A stretch of 63,961 nt of DNA, counting the filler, from Malassezia furfur (lineage: Eukaryota), in NCBI GenBank assembly GCA_052055015.1. It is 5 parts of 5 records of this genome, joined end to end, with 100 filler letters (N's around TTAATTAATTAA, not from the genome) between each part and the next. Parts side by side here need not be neighbours in the genome. Positions count along the whole stretch, not along the records: positions 27,682 to 41,406 come from JBQJIT010000307.1; positions 41,507 to 55,196 come from JBQJIT010000308.1; 3 more parts are not named here. One strand, written 5' to 3'. Shown one piece after another: positions 40,939 to 52,278 of this stretch. Numbering within the stretch: position 1 is the stretch's first letter; every line of letters begins with the position of its first letter. The position numbers and the translations under genes were made by a program. The notes under the pieces are model-generated. The model did not search any database and was not told the DNA's origin. It saw nothing but the letters and a program-made list of their open reading frames with translations.

Positions 40939-41406
40939 CTAAGCGTCCGCCCACTCGGGAGGACCACCGCCCCCACGGCCGCGCCCGCCTGGAAGTGCGC
41001 CGCCTGGTCGCCAAACGTCTGTGCGTTGCGCGCACGCTCGTCCGCCTGCCGCTGGCGCCCAGCCTCCGCCTGGCCGCGACGGTCGTAGTGCTCCTTGACG
41101 TCGCTGCTGATGTTGTCAAAGAAGCCCGATTTTTTGTCGTAGAAGCTCGACGTGCCCGCCGTGCTCGGCGCGGGGATCGCCTCGAGCTTCGCCGGCGCCG
41201 CACCGCCCGTGCCGCGCAGCTCTTTTTCGAAGCGCGCATTCGCACTCTCAAAGTCGTACTCTTTCGCCGGCAGCGACGCGTCGCGGTGCGCCACGGGCTT
41301 GTTCGCCGGCGCGCCAGGCACCATCGGGCGCTCACGCTGCTGCACCGACGCCTCCTGCTTCGCCGGCGCCGCGAGCGAGGGCGCCGCCGCCTCGGGCGCA
41401 CCGCTC
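40939..41406 (-). CDS. SCD6: Scd6/LSm14 C-terminal part (5' truncated; apparent 1-nt frameshift near 40988)
   Basis: EYDFESANARF (DFDF/FDF), FYDKKSGFFDNISSD (FFD), NAQTFG (TFG). An RGG tail GRGRGGGGPPEWADA* lies in the adjacent frame. Confidence 0.85.
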
Positions 41407-41506
41407 NNNNNNNNNNNNNNNNNNNNNNNNNNNNNNNNNNNNNNNNNNNNTTAATTAATTAANNNNNNNNNNNNNNNNNNNNNNNNNNNNNNNNNNNNNN
41501 NNNNNN
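41407..41506. other. Artificial contig-joining spacer
   Basis: N44-TTAATTAATTAA-N44. Confidence 0.98.
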
Positions 41507-42175
41507 AGTCTTGCGCGCCGCTGCTGTGCCACCGACGCCCACGGCCGCGCCGCCCGCCGCTGCGGGCGCAGCCGACGCCTCGGTACTCGGCGCAGTGCTC
41601 GGTGCGGACTGGATCGTCGAGGCGGCACCGCCCGTCGCGCGGATGGTCGGCGGCTCCTCGCCAAGGCTCGAGCCGCGCGAGTACTGCGCCTGCGGCGACA
41701 TGAACATGGCCGAGTGCCGCGGCGGCGTCGCGGTTTCGGTCGACGAGCGCGCGTCTGTGAAGGGGTCTTCGTGCGCCGATTCGTATCCGTGGCTCGCCTC
41801 GCTATCGGGCGTCGACATGCGGTGCTCTGAGAAGCGCCGCACGTCCGGCGAGTCGTTGTGCGCGTCGAGGTACGGGCCCTGGCGCAGGGGCACGGCGTTC
41901 TGGCCGCGGCTGTAGGCCCAGCGCGGCTGCTCCATCGCGAACGGCGCCGTAGATGTTGTTGGTGGCGGGCGCGCCCCAGCAGGTGCGGCCGCCCCCGCGT
42001 GTATCTGTTCTGCGGCGGCCATCGGTGTATCAGGCGCATTGGTCGTCGCCGAGGGCGCGGGGCCCTCGGCGGTCAAAAAGGGGTTGTTGGACACCGATGG
42101 CGCAGCGTTGCGTATGGATTCCGCAGGCGCAGGGCCACCGGTGGCCGGCTGGGAAGTGGAAGAGGGCGCACTCAT
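41507..42175 (-). CDS. Low-complexity N-terminal fragment of an unidentified protein (truncated)
   Basis: Open frame from ATG 42175 with host-like codon usage; A/P/S/T-rich; NPF and DPF motifs; no recognisable domain. Confidence 0.6.
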
Positions 42176-42600
42176 GACGTCCTCTCAGGTAGGCGTCCGG
42201 TATGCGAGGGCCAAGGGGACAGGGAGTGCAGGGAGTAAGGACGGTGTCCGTGAGAAAAAACACTAGTGTTGAATGCCGCCGTGTTCCGATTCAACTTCCG
42301 CGCTTAAAATTGCACCCGCCAAGTTGGACGTTCTGCGGAGTTCCGATGCGAAATCGGCAAAAGCACTGGCCAACCAGTTTTTTTTCTAGCCCCGCGGCAG
42401 GAAGGTCGTGGCTACGCGCGTGGCCGTTCGCGTGGCCAGGCACGCCCGCAGTACGGCCACCGCCTGATTCGCAGCCGACGTCGCCGCCCCCTGACCAGTG
42501 TCTACCTGCCAGCGCCTCGATGCGCAGCGACCGCGTGATCTGCAGGCGTCGCCCAATCAGCGCCGTATTAACGTGTGCACACTTCTACGCCGCGTCATGC

Positions 42601-43885
42601 TTACATAAGGTCATCGATCTTCATCGGCATCTCGTCGATTTGCGTGCTGCGTCAGCGCCCACGCGCACGCGTGCGTACCTGTAGTATTGCTCGATGTCGC
42701 GCAGAATTTTGACGTCGTCCACGGTGACAAAGTTGATCGCGACACCTTTCCGCCCGAACCGCCCCGAGCGGCCAATACGGTGGATGTAGTTCTCGCGGTT
42801 GCTGCCGTCAGTCGCCCATACACGTACGTAGGCAAGTCGTAGTTGATCACCAACGACACGTTCTGCACGTCGATACCGCGCGCCCACACGTCCGTCGTGA
42901 TGAGCACACGGCTGCTGCCCTGCCGGAATTCGTTCATGATCGCATCACGCTCCTTTTGCTGCATCTCGCCGTGCATGCTGCTGATCTGGAAGTTGTTCTC
43001 GCGCATCCGCTCGGTGAGCCAATCGACCTTTCTGCGCGTGTTGCAGAAAATGACCGCCTGCGTGATGGTGAGCGTGTCATACAGGTCGCACAGCGTGTCG
43101 AACTTCCACTCCTCCTTCTCGACCGCCACGAAGAACTGCTTGATCCCCTCGAGCGTCAGCTCGTCGCGCTTCACCAAAATGCGCACGGGGTCCGTCATGA
43201 ACTTGGTCGTCATCTCGAGCACGTCGTTCGGCAGCGTCGCCGAAAGCAGCACGACCTGCGTCGCAGGCGGCAGGTACCGGTAGATGTCGTAGATCTGGTC
43301 CTTGAAGCCCATGTTGAGCAGCTCGTCGCTCTCGTCCAGAATGAGCATCTTGATGTTTTTCGTACGCAGGTGCCGGCGGCGGATCATGTCAAACACGCGG
43401 CCAGGCGTGCCAGACACAATGTGCTGCCCGTACTCGAGCTTGCGGATATCCTCGCCGACGGACGTGCCGCCGATGCACGCGTGGCACTGCACGTTCATGT
43501 AGTCGCCCAGCGCCAGCACCACGCTCTGGATCTGCGTCGCCAGTTCGCGCGTGGGACTCAGCACGAGCGCCTGGGTATCGCGCAGCGCCGTGTCGATGGT
43601 CTGCAGCATAGAGATGGCAAACGTCGCCGTCTTACCCGTGCCCGACTGTGCCTGTGCGATCACATCGCGCCCGCGGATGATGGGCAGAATCGCGCGCTGC
43701 TGGATCGCCGAGGGCTTCTCAAAGTCTGCGTCAGCGGCGACGACGTACTGTATGCATAGATGCCGCGCAGCAGATCGTCGCGCAGTCCAAGCGCATCAAA
43801 CGTCGGTGCAACCGTCACCTCCTCGCTGCTCTCGAACGCGAGATTCGTGTGCACGTCCTGCGTCAGTGTGCGCACGTACCGCCAT
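42601..43885 (-). CDS. FAL1: DEAD-box helicase eIF4A-III/Fal1; introns 43879-43858 (22), 43748-43726 (23), 42827-42802 (26), 42678-42647 (32)
   Basis: [71 protein letters not shown]. Confidence 0.95.
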
Positions 43886-43908
43886 CGTCGCCAAACGCAG
43901 GAAGAGGG

Positions 43909-43924
43909 CCACGTGGCCACGTGG
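43909..43924. promoter_or_regulatory. Perfect 16-bp palindrome CCACGTGGCCACGTGG (tandem E-boxes) in the 57-bp divergent FAL1/PRP9 promoter
   Basis: Seen directly in the sequence; function is inferred. Confidence 0.6.
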
Positions 43925-43942
43925 AGGTCGGCGCGGACGACC

Positions 43943-45565
43943 ATGGCGGAAACGTCGGTGTTTGAGCAGGCGCGCATGACGCACGAGGAGATCGAGCAAT
44001 ACGAGGATGCGCTCGTCGATACGCTCATCCACCCGCCCAACTCGTCGTCCAAGCGTCTGAATATGCACTGGGAGCTCGTCTCGTCCGAGCTGCTCGACAA
44101 GCTCGTCGGTCACTACCGCTCGCTGAGCGACATGTACGCGGACCACGACCGCGAGCGCGCCGCCGAATGGGACGCGCTCGGGCGGCAGGACGAGGCGGCC
44201 GGCGAGGACGGCATGTACGCCGAGTTTTACGCGCGCCTCGGCAAGGTGCAGGACTACTACAAGCGATACCCCGAAAATGCCGTCGCGCTGCAGACGACGG
44301 CCACGCCGTCGATCCTCGCGCGCGGCGAGGAGCTCATGTCGGACGTCGGGATGATGGACCGCGAGTTCAGCGGTGAGGAAATGAGCGGGCGCTTCCTGGA
44401 CCTGTACGAGCAGTACGAAATGTATATCAACCTCAAAGGCGTCGAACGCATCAGCTACCTCGAATACCTCGCGCGCCTCGACCGCATGTGCGGCGCGGAC
44501 GCGGGCGCACCGGCATCCACGAAACGCACCGAGGCCTATCATACGTACATCGCGAGCCTGCGGCACTACCTCTCCGCGTTTCTGCACAAGACACGGCCGC
44601 TCGAGGATATGGATGCGCCCGAGATCCATGCGGCCGAGTTCTTCGAGTCCAACTGGGACCGCGGCACGGTGCCCGGCTGGGAGGCCAAGGAGCATACGCT
44701 GTTCCCGGACAAGGCCACGTCGGACGCGGGCGGGGGCATCTGGTGCGAGGTGTGCCAGCGGAGTTACGCAAAGCAGACCGTCTTTGACGCGCACCTCACC
44801 TCGGCGCGGCACCAGAAACTCGCGGCGCTCGCGGCCAAGGGGGAGGTGCCGCGCGCGCCGCCCAAGCGTCCGGATGCGGCGCTCGAGCAGGCGAAGCGCA
44901 TCGCGCGGGCCAAGGCGCTCGCGCGCGATGAGGTGGTAGTGCAGGCGCTTGCCAAGACGCTCGCGAGCGTCCGCGAGGACACGCGGTCGAACATTGAGCG
45001 CAAGGCTGCGCTTACGGACCGCGAGCGGCAGGACGAGGCCGAAGCGCTCGAGGCCGAGCAGGAGGAGGCGATGGCGACGGGCGGCATGGGCTACGAGCGC
45101 GCGATCGAGAAGGCGGCGCACGACCAAGACGTCACCGAAAAGGTGCACAACCCGCTGAAGCTGCCGCTCGGGTGGGACGGCAAGCCGATCCCCTTCTGGA
45201 TGTACAAGCTGCAGGGCCTGTCGGTGGAGTACAAGTGCGAGATCTGCTCGGACCACGTGTACCGCGGGCGCAAGGTGTTTGAGAAGCACTTCTCCGAGGC
45301 GCGGCACACGTTCGGGATGCGCGCGCTCGGCCTGCCGAACACGGTGCAGTTCCGCGACGTGACGCGGATCCAGGATGCGTTTGCGCGTACGTATTTTGCC
45401 ACTTACGCAGTGTATGACAAGCTCAAGCAGCAGCAAAAGCTCGAGCAGGTCGACGATGGCGACACGGAAGAGATCGAGGACGAGCACGGCAACGTACGTG
45501 GCGCACTGACCCAGGCGTATACCCGCAAGACCTACGAGCTGCTCAAGCGGCAGGGCCTCCTGTAG
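43943..45565 (+). CDS. PRP9: U2 snRNP SF3a subunit Prp9/SF3A3; in-frame introns 45387-45410 (24) and 45494-45514 (21)
   Basis: FSGEEMSGRFLDL, NPLKLPLGWDGKPIPFWMYKL, YKCEICSDHVYRGRKVFEKHFSEARH zinc finger, TYELLKRQGLL. Confidence 0.93.
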   Translation: MAETSVFEQARMTHEEIEQYEDALVDTLIHPPNSSSKRLNMHWELVSSELLDKLVGHYRSLSDMYADHDRERAAEWDALGRQDEAAGEDGMYAEFYARLGKVQDYYKRYPENAVALQTTATPSILARGEELMSDVGMMDREFSGEEMSGRFLDLYEQYEMYINLKGVERISYLEYLARLDRMCGADAGAPASTKRTEAYHTYIASLRHYLSAFLHKTRPLEDMDAPEIHAAEFFESNWDRGTVPGWEAKEHTLFPDKATSDAGGGIWCEVCQRSYAKQTVFDAHLTSARHQKLAALAAKGEVPRAPPKRPDAALEQAKRIARAKALARDEVVVQALAKTLASVREDTRSNIERKAALTDRERQDEAEALEAEQEEAMATGGMGYERAIEKAAHDQDVTEKVHNPLKLPLGWDGKPIPFWMYKLQGLSVEYKCEICSDHVYRGRKVFEKHFSEARHTFGMRALGLPNTVQFRDVTRIQDAFARTYFATYAVYDKLKQQQKLEQVDDGDTEEIEDEHGNVRGALTQAYTRKTYELLKRQGLL

Positions 45566-45633
45566 CCACCTCCACGTGCTTACCCACGTGGTCCGTAGCG
45601 CCGCCGGCGACGTCGACGACGACCGAGCACGCA

Positions 45634-47503
45634 ATGGCGGGCACGGACCGCCGCGATGTGCACACCACGCCGCACGACGCCACACATGGCGGGCGGCAGG
45701 GCAGTAAGAAGCGCGCGCAGTCGCTCAACCATGTACGTCGCACACCGCCGCTCACGCAGCTGCTCGCCTTCACCCTGCCTCCCCGTGCGCCGGCGCCCGG
45801 CGGGCCGCGGCGCGCACGCCGCCACGACCACCGCCCGTTCAACCGCGAGCGTACGTTGCAGTGCGACTGACACAGGCTACGTCAATGCACAGTACCGCTT
45901 CGTGATGAAGCCGACGTACGACTGCACCGCCCAAATCGCCGATGCCGATGCGCCGCTGCCCTGGGCCGACATCGAGCAGGTGCTCGTGAGTGCGACAAGC
46001 GACCTGCCCAACGCACACAGCGACACCAACTGCCCCATCTGTCTCTCGGCGCCGAGCGCGCCGCGCATGACGCGGTGTGGGCATGTGTTCTGCTACGCAT
46101 GCATTCTGCACTACCTCATCGTCGCCGAGGACGGCGCACGGCCGCGCGGCGTGCTGAGCCACCGGCACAGCAAGCGGTGCCCCATCTGCTGGGACGAGGT
46201 GAACGCGCGCGACCTCAAGGCGGTGCACTGGATCGACGCACGGCGCACGGCGCAGACGTTCACGACGTCCTACCTCGCCGCCCAGCACGCGGAAAACGGC
46301 CAGGCAGCGCCGGGCGCACCGGAGTTCACGCTGCGCCTCATTGAGCGACCGCACGGCACAGCGTTTGCGCTGCCGCGCTCCGTGACGTGGCCCGCGGCGG
46401 CGCGCGCCGAGGGGATTTATAGCTTCCAGCCGGACGCGCTCGTCTTCTCGCGCGTGGTGCTGGCGACGCCCGAGCTGCTGCTCGCATCGCTGGAGCGCGA
46501 CGTCGCCGAGATCGACGAGGAGATCGTGGCGCTGCGTGCGTACGCGCCCGACGAGCTCAGCGTCGAGTTTCTGCGCGTCGCGCGCGAGAAGCTCGGCGAG
46601 CAGATCGCGCAGGTGCGTGTGCAGCTCGAGTCGCCACCGCTGCGCCGCGTGCAGGCTGCGCGCAACGCGGTCGAGCATGCGGCGCAGGCCGCGCACGCGC
46701 CGCCTGCGCGCGCGGACGCCTACTACTTCTACCAGGCGGCGTCGGGGCAGAATGTGTTTCTGCACCCGCTCGACGTCAAGGTGCTGCTCGCGCACTTTGG
46801 CGCGTATGCGCGCTTCCCAGACACGCTGCAGATCGTCATCCAGCACGCCGAGGAGGGCACGATGGACGAGCAGCTGCGGCGCAAGTGCAAGTACATTGCG
46901 CATCTGCCCATGTCGTCCGACGTGACCTTCCTCGAGGTCGACTGGCCGCAGACCGCCGCGCGCTTCGCCGCGACACAAGGCGAGATCGACTATGCGCCGT
47001 TCGAGACGATGCTCCGCCAGCGCCGCCAGCGGCACCACGAAAAGCACCACCGCGAAGAGCGCGCACGGGCCAAGGCCGAGAAGCAGGCCGCGCGGCCCAG
47101 TGCGCCGCATGGCCCGCACGTAGACGAGTGGGCGGGCGCCGAGGCCGCCATGTCCTTCCGCGAGTCGGCCATGGTCGGCGCCGAGATGTACTTCCCACGG
47201 CACCCCGGCGCTGATGTGGAAGACGACGCGGCGTTCGGTGTGCCGCTGCCGAGTGTGCCGCAGCGCCCGGCCGCCTCGACGCATAAGACGGTCTGGGGCA
47301 CACCCGCGGCGCCAAGCGCGGGCGGCGAGGCGCTTGGTGCCGATGCGCAGCGCTTCGATGACGCATGGAGCGCGCTCGAGCAGGCGCATGGGTCGCAGCA
47401 CGACGCGGCCACCGAGCCGGCGCAGCAGCGCGCACCGAACGCCAAGAGCCAGAAACGCAAGCCCAAGCTCATCCTCACCGGCGGAGGGCGCGGGCGGGGG
47501 TAG
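45634..47503 (+). CDS. MAG2: RING E3 ligase Mag2/RNF10-like; introns 45733-45759 (27), 45851-45875 (25)
   Basis: SLNH|LLAFTLPPR..YVNAQYRF, CPICL..CGHVFCYACILHYL..CPIC, YYFYQAASGQNVFLHPLD, KYIAHLP. Confidence 0.85.
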
Positions 47504-47674
47504 TCGCGTCCGTTGTACACTAGTCGTATGCCATACTCTCCACATTATTACCTTATGTACTAGCCAAGCGCCCTATACTGCGCCGGGGACCGATGCTCCA
47601 AACACATCGGCTTTTTTTTTGGATTTTGGGATGCGAACAAAAGAAGATTGCATCATAGCCTGCACCGCACTGCT

Positions 47675-49300
47675 TCATTCGGCGTGCGCCGCGTACGCAG
47701 TGTAGCCCTGGGGAATGTACGTCCCGTGGGCGCCGTGGTGGTTGGTGTTCTCGTACTCATCGTGCACCTCAAAGGGGTTGCTGGGCGAGTCACCCTTCGA
47801 GTAGTCGCGGGTGATGGCGTGCTTCTCGTCCGAAAGCTTGTCGTCGTACGCCTCGGCAAGCTCGTCCGTAGCGATCCTGTCGTCGCGGCCCATGTACGAC
47901 ATGTCGAAGCCGTTCGCACGGAGGTATTCGGCAAACTCAGCGTCCTCACGCGCCTGGCAGTCGGCGTCGCGCTCCCGGATGAAAAAGGTCACGAGGATCA
48001 GCGAGACGACGGCGAGCGACGTGCCGAGGTAGAAGGGAGCGGTATAGTACCGGTTGTCGGTGTCATTGCCCTCGGCATCTTCCCAGTGCCCTTGCAGCAC
48101 AGGGAAGGCATAGGTGCCGCTAAAGGCACCGATCTTGCCAATGGCCGCAGCAATGCCGTAGAACTGGCCCTTGCACGCCGTTGCACACGACTTCGAGGCA
48201 AGCAGACCGAGATTGTCGCCGGGACCCATCTCGCCGAACGTCAAAAAGAGGCCATACACCACACAGAACGCGCCGATGTGTCCCTTGAGGTGAGGGAAGA
48301 GACCAGCAAGGATGTAGCCGATGATGATCTGCAGGATGAGGCCTGCCATCATCGTCTTCTTTGGCCCAAGGCGGTCGACAATCACAGCGCCCAGGAACGA
48401 GCCGGGGAGGTAGAAGCAGTTGATCACCGTGCTCCATCCAAAGACTTGAACCAGGTCATTCTTATCGACGAGGCTGTCGGTGATGATCGAAGAGTAGATA
48501 CCGAAGGGGTAGCTGATAAAGTCGTAGATGAACCAAACCAACGAGATCATCGTGAGGCGGAACCAGTACCGCTTGAGAATCAGGCCGTAGGGGATCTTGT
48601 TGAACTTTATGGCGCCCTTCTGGAACGCCTTGGTCTGCTCCATCACCAGACGGAACGGCAGTACAAGCAGGCAAGGCACTACACCAAGACCAAGCACCAG
48701 ACGCCAGATCAGACGCTCGTGGTTCTGACCGCAGATCCACACAAGAAGCACACCCATGAACGCCGACACAACGAAGCCCATGTCAATGGCAAAGTTGGTC
48801 ACGAAAATGAACGGTCCGTGCTGGAAGTTCTTGGGCATTTCCTCCGTCTTCTCGGCAGCGGCCACGGAGCCTGTGGGGTACTCCGCACCGATACCGATAC
48901 CAGTGAAGAAACGCCATGCAATGAGGATATCAACCATTTGGGCAGACGATCCATGGTAGTACGAGCCGGCCGATAGTGCCGTAAACACAAGGACAATCAG
49001 AGTCGCGGTGATCATGCCGGTCTTGCGACCGATCACGTCCGAGAGATAACCGAAGATAAGCATACCAACGACTGTGCCAGCAAACACAATGGAAGACATC
49101 ACCTCAGAGCGGTTCGAGGTTTTGAACACCTCGGGGTATAGCCGCTTCTTGAGCAAGGTGTTGACGACACCCATCGAGTTGTTGGCATAGCCATCGGAGA
49201 AGAGCGCGGCACCGCATGCGATGATGGTGCCAAACTTCCTCCACGTGAACTTGCGATCAATGGTCGTGATGATATTCCCAGGACTTGCGCCGTCAGACAT
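47675..49300 (-). CDS. MFS glycerophosphodiester/phosphate permease, Git1-like (copy 1)
   Basis: ACGAALFSDGY, GYLSDVIGRK, GIGIGAEYPTGSV, WFIYDF, GPGDNLGL, AAAIGKIGAF. Confidence 0.85.
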   Translation of the reverse strand: MSDGASPGNIITTIDRKFTWRKFGTIIACGAALFSDGYANNSMGVVNTLLKKRLYPEVFKTSNRSEVMSSIVFAGTVVGMLIFGYLSDVIGRKTGMITATLIVLVFTALSAGSYYHGSSAQMVDILIAWRFFTGIGIGAEYPTGSVAAAEKTEEMPKNFQHGPFIFVTNFAIDMGFVVSAFMGVLLVWICGQNHERLIWRLVLGLGVVPCLLVLPFRLVMEQTKAFQKGAIKFNKIPYGLILKRYWFRLTMISLVWFIYDFISYPFGIYSSIITDSLVDKNDLVQVFGWSTVINCFYLPGSFLGAVIVDRLGPKKTMMAGLILQIIIGYILAGLFPHLKGHIGAFCVVYGLFLTFGEMGPGDNLGLLASKSCATACKGQFYGIAAAIGKIGAFSGTYAFPVLQGHWEDAEGNDTDNRYYTAPFYLGTSLAVVSLILVTFFIRERDADCQAREDAEFAEYLRANGFDMSYMGRDDRIATDELAEAYDDKLSDEKHAITRDYSKGDSPSNPFEVHDEYENTNHHGAHGTYIPQGYTAYAAHAE

Positions 49301-49844
49301 ATTGGGAAGAGTCGCTAAGGGTAGGAGAGGTAAAATTATCGCGCGCGCTTTTTATGCCACCCCCCGGCGCCCCCGGTAACACCCCCCCTTAGCTGTAAAT
49401 GGCGCTCGTGCCTGCCTTCATGCATTCGTGTGCACGTGCGACCGTTGACGCAGGTCGCGCAGCACTTGTGGAGATTATTAATGCATGTGTATTACAAAAA
49501 AGTTTATTTGGATCTGCGAATCACATGTGCCAAGTCCGGGGATTGGCTACGCGGCTGGCGTCTCCGGCTGTGTCAGAGGAGCCGTGCGATAACCCATCCG
49601 CTGACACAAGCGGCTGGCGCGTCCACCGAGATTCGCTTGGATGAGATCGGGCGACTGCGCCCTCCGGTCGTGTCATCCCTTCCTCAAAGTTAAATGGAGC
49701 ACGTGTCTCTCCATTCATGCGGAGTAGGCTGATCTTTTTTCTATAACGAGCGAATCCTAGGAACGTCCAGCAAAGTTCGCGTCCATGTCAATTTTTTGCG
49801 TATCCCTTGCATAGTATGACCGGTCAGTCCACACAGCCTTTTTT

Positions 49845-51401
49845 TTACTTCATGAGGTCGTGAATAGGGGGGGGAGCGGGGGTCGAGGTCTCGACCCAGC
49901 TCGGCGAATCAAACGCCGCGGTCGGCGAGTCCAGCTTCTTTTCTTCGGCGCCCTCCAGCACGACGTCTTCCGAGTCGACGTCGCTGAGGCGGCCCATTTG
50001 TGCAAGGTCGTAGCCGTGTTCAGCCAGGAAGCGCTTAAAGTCAACATCCTCGTTCAGTTGGCAGTCCGAGTTGCGCTCCTTGATGAACAGTGTGAGCAGG
50101 CCAAGGGACAGGCATGCAAGCGACGCAGCGAGGAAGAACGGCGCCGTGTAGAACAGGTTGCTGGTAGGGTTGCCCTTGGCGTCCTCCCAGTGCTCCTGGA
50201 GGTCAGGGAAGGCATAGGTGCCGGCAAATGCGCCAATTTTGCCGATAGCCGCAGCGATGCCGTAGAATTGGCCCTTGACGCACGTCGCACACGACTTGGA
50301 GGCGAGCAGACCCAGGTTGCTACCGGGGCCCATCTGGCCCATCGACTGGAACAGGCCATAGACCACGACGAACGCGGCGATGTGCTCGCGCAGATGCGAA
50401 AACAGGCCGGCCATGATGAATCCAATGATGATCTGCAGCGCGAGGGCCACCATAAAGGTCCTCTTGGGGCCAATCACGTCCGCAAAGTAGGCGCCCGCGA
50501 CGGCGCCGGGGAGGCCGAGCGCCGTGATCAGCGCGTTCCAGCCAAAGACACGCCAGAGTGCCGCGCCGCTGCCCAGCACGTCCTTGACGATCAGCGAGGA
50601 GAACAGGTTGAAGGGGAAGACGATGAAGTCGTAAATGAACCACACGATCGAAATGATCGACAGGCGGAACCAGTAGAACTGGAGCACGAGGCGGTATGGG
50701 ATCTTCTTGGGCTTGATGGCGCCATTGACGTACAGCCGTGGCTGCTTCAGGACGAAGCGGAACGGAAGGACAAGCAGACAGGGCACAATCACCAACCCGA
50801 GCTGCAGACGCCAGACAAGGCGCAGGTGGTCCGAGGTGCAGATCAGCACGAGGATGAATGGCACCATGTTGGCACACACGGAGCCCAGGCACAACGCAAA
50901 GTTGGTGACCATGATGAATGGACCGTGCTGCCAGCGCTTCGGCAGCTCCTCTGACTGCTCCGCCGCAGCGACCGAGCCAGTGGGGTACTCGGCACCGATC
51001 CCGACACCCGTGAAGAAGCGCCAAGCAGTGAGCATGTCGATCATGCCACCCACGTCGCCTTTGTAGTATGAGCCGGCAGACAGGCCGGAGAACACGATGA
51101 TGATAAGCGTCGCAATGATCATGCCACTCTTGCGGCCGACCGCGTCGGAGAAGTAGCCAAAGAGGAGCATGCCGACGACCGTCCCGACGAACGAAATGGC
51201 CGTCAGAATCTGACTCCGGTGCGTCGTCATAATACCCTTATACAGGTACGACTTGAAAATGGTGTTCACGGGGCCGATCGAGTTGTTCACGTAGCCATCG
51301 GCGAAGAGCGCCGTGCCGCAGGCGGCAATAGAGCCGACTTTTTTCCAGGAAATCGTGCGGTCGTCCATGGCCACCGGGCCAGGGATTACTATGTCTCCCA
51401 T
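49845..51401 (-). CDS. MFS Git1-like permease (tandem copy 2)
   Basis: Same motif set as copy 1 and clearly paralogous; start taken at MGDIVIPG. Confidence 0.85.
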   Translation of the reverse strand: MGDIVIPGPVAMDDRTISWKKVGSIAACGTALFADGYVNNSIGPVNTIFKSYLYKGIMTTHRSQILTAISFVGTVVGMLLFGYFSDAVGRKSGMIIATLIIIVFSGLSAGSYYKGDVGGMIDMLTAWRFFTGVGIGAEYPTGSVAAAEQSEELPKRWQHGPFIMVTNFALCLGSVCANMVPFILVLICTSDHLRLVWRLQLGLVIVPCLLVLPFRFVLKQPRLYVNGAIKPKKIPYRLVLQFYWFRLSIISIVWFIYDFIVFPFNLFSSLIVKDVLGSGAALWRVFGWNALITALGLPGAVAGAYFADVIGPKRTFMVALALQIIIGFIMAGLFSHLREHIAAFVVVYGLFQSMGQMGPGSNLGLLASKSCATCVKGQFYGIAAAIGKIGAFAGTYAFPDLQEHWEDAKGNPTSNLFYTAPFFLAASLACLSLGLLTLFIKERNSDCQLNEDVDFKRFLAEHGYDLAQMGRLSDVDSEDVVLEGAEEKKLDSPTAAFDSPSWVETSTPAPPPIHDLMK

Positions 51402-51744
51402 CTTTGGTGTGTTGGCGATGATAGTGTGCGCTCTGTAGACAAATTCTCTCCATTTGTATCTCCATTTTGCTCGTCCTGCATCCCAGGCCAGTGTGGTCTG
51501 TGTGCGCGCACGTAGACACGTGCGCACCCCTTATGAAATAAGCGCAGCATCCTTATGCACCTGCATCTCCACTTGCATCTGACGCGTGCCAGACAGGCAG
51601 AACCCTGTCAGTCAAGTCATCTGACCTGCCCGATCTATGTCCGATCGACGAAGGGAGCAAGGTCTGGAGATCGGGGGAAATTGGTCCAATTTACGCAGAT
51701 GATCCCCTCTGCGCCAACCTGGTCTCGTGACTGGATCCGTTCGC

Positions 51745-52164
51745 ATGGCCGAGGACTCCGCAAAGTACCAGGGGCGCTGCCTCTGCGGCAGCGTTCAGTT
51801 TACGGTTGAGCAGGCGTTGAAGCAGATTCAGCTTTGCCACTGCAAGCAATGCCAAAGATCCACAGGGACGGCATTTGCGTCCAACATCCCTATCGCGAAA
51901 TCCAACTTTCACATCCAGAGCGGGGCTGATCTTATTGCGTCCTATGAGTCAACCCCCGGGAAACTGCGCAAGTTTTGCAGCCAATGCGGCTCGCCCGTCT
52001 ACAGCGAGCGTGCCACTGCACCAGACGAAATCCGCATACGCGCAGGAACGCTTGACGGCGACCTCGATGCCAGGCCCGTATTCCACTTCTATGTGGAGGA
52101 CATGCCCAATTGGTGCTCCATCAACGACGACCTGCCACAATATCCTCAAGCACGGCCTAACTAG
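51745..52164 (+). CDS. GFA / CENP-V / Mss4-like zinc-binding protein
   Basis: GRCLCGSV, CHCKQCQR, FCSQCGSP, RAGTLD; intronless, 139 aa. Confidence 0.88.
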   Translation: MAEDSAKYQGRCLCGSVQFTVEQALKQIQLCHCKQCQRSTGTAFASNIPIAKSNFHIQSGADLIASYESTPGKLRKFCSQCGSPVYSERATAPDEIRIRAGTLDGDLDARPVFHFYVEDMPNWCSINDDLPQYPQARPN

Positions 52165-52278
52165 CAGCGGGATTCGCACCTATACGAGATCACCATGACG
52201 TATTTACCGGTCTAGCATCATGATACCACGCCCTGCTGAGCCGACCCTTGGCCACTCTAAACCCCTTGTATGCTCGCA

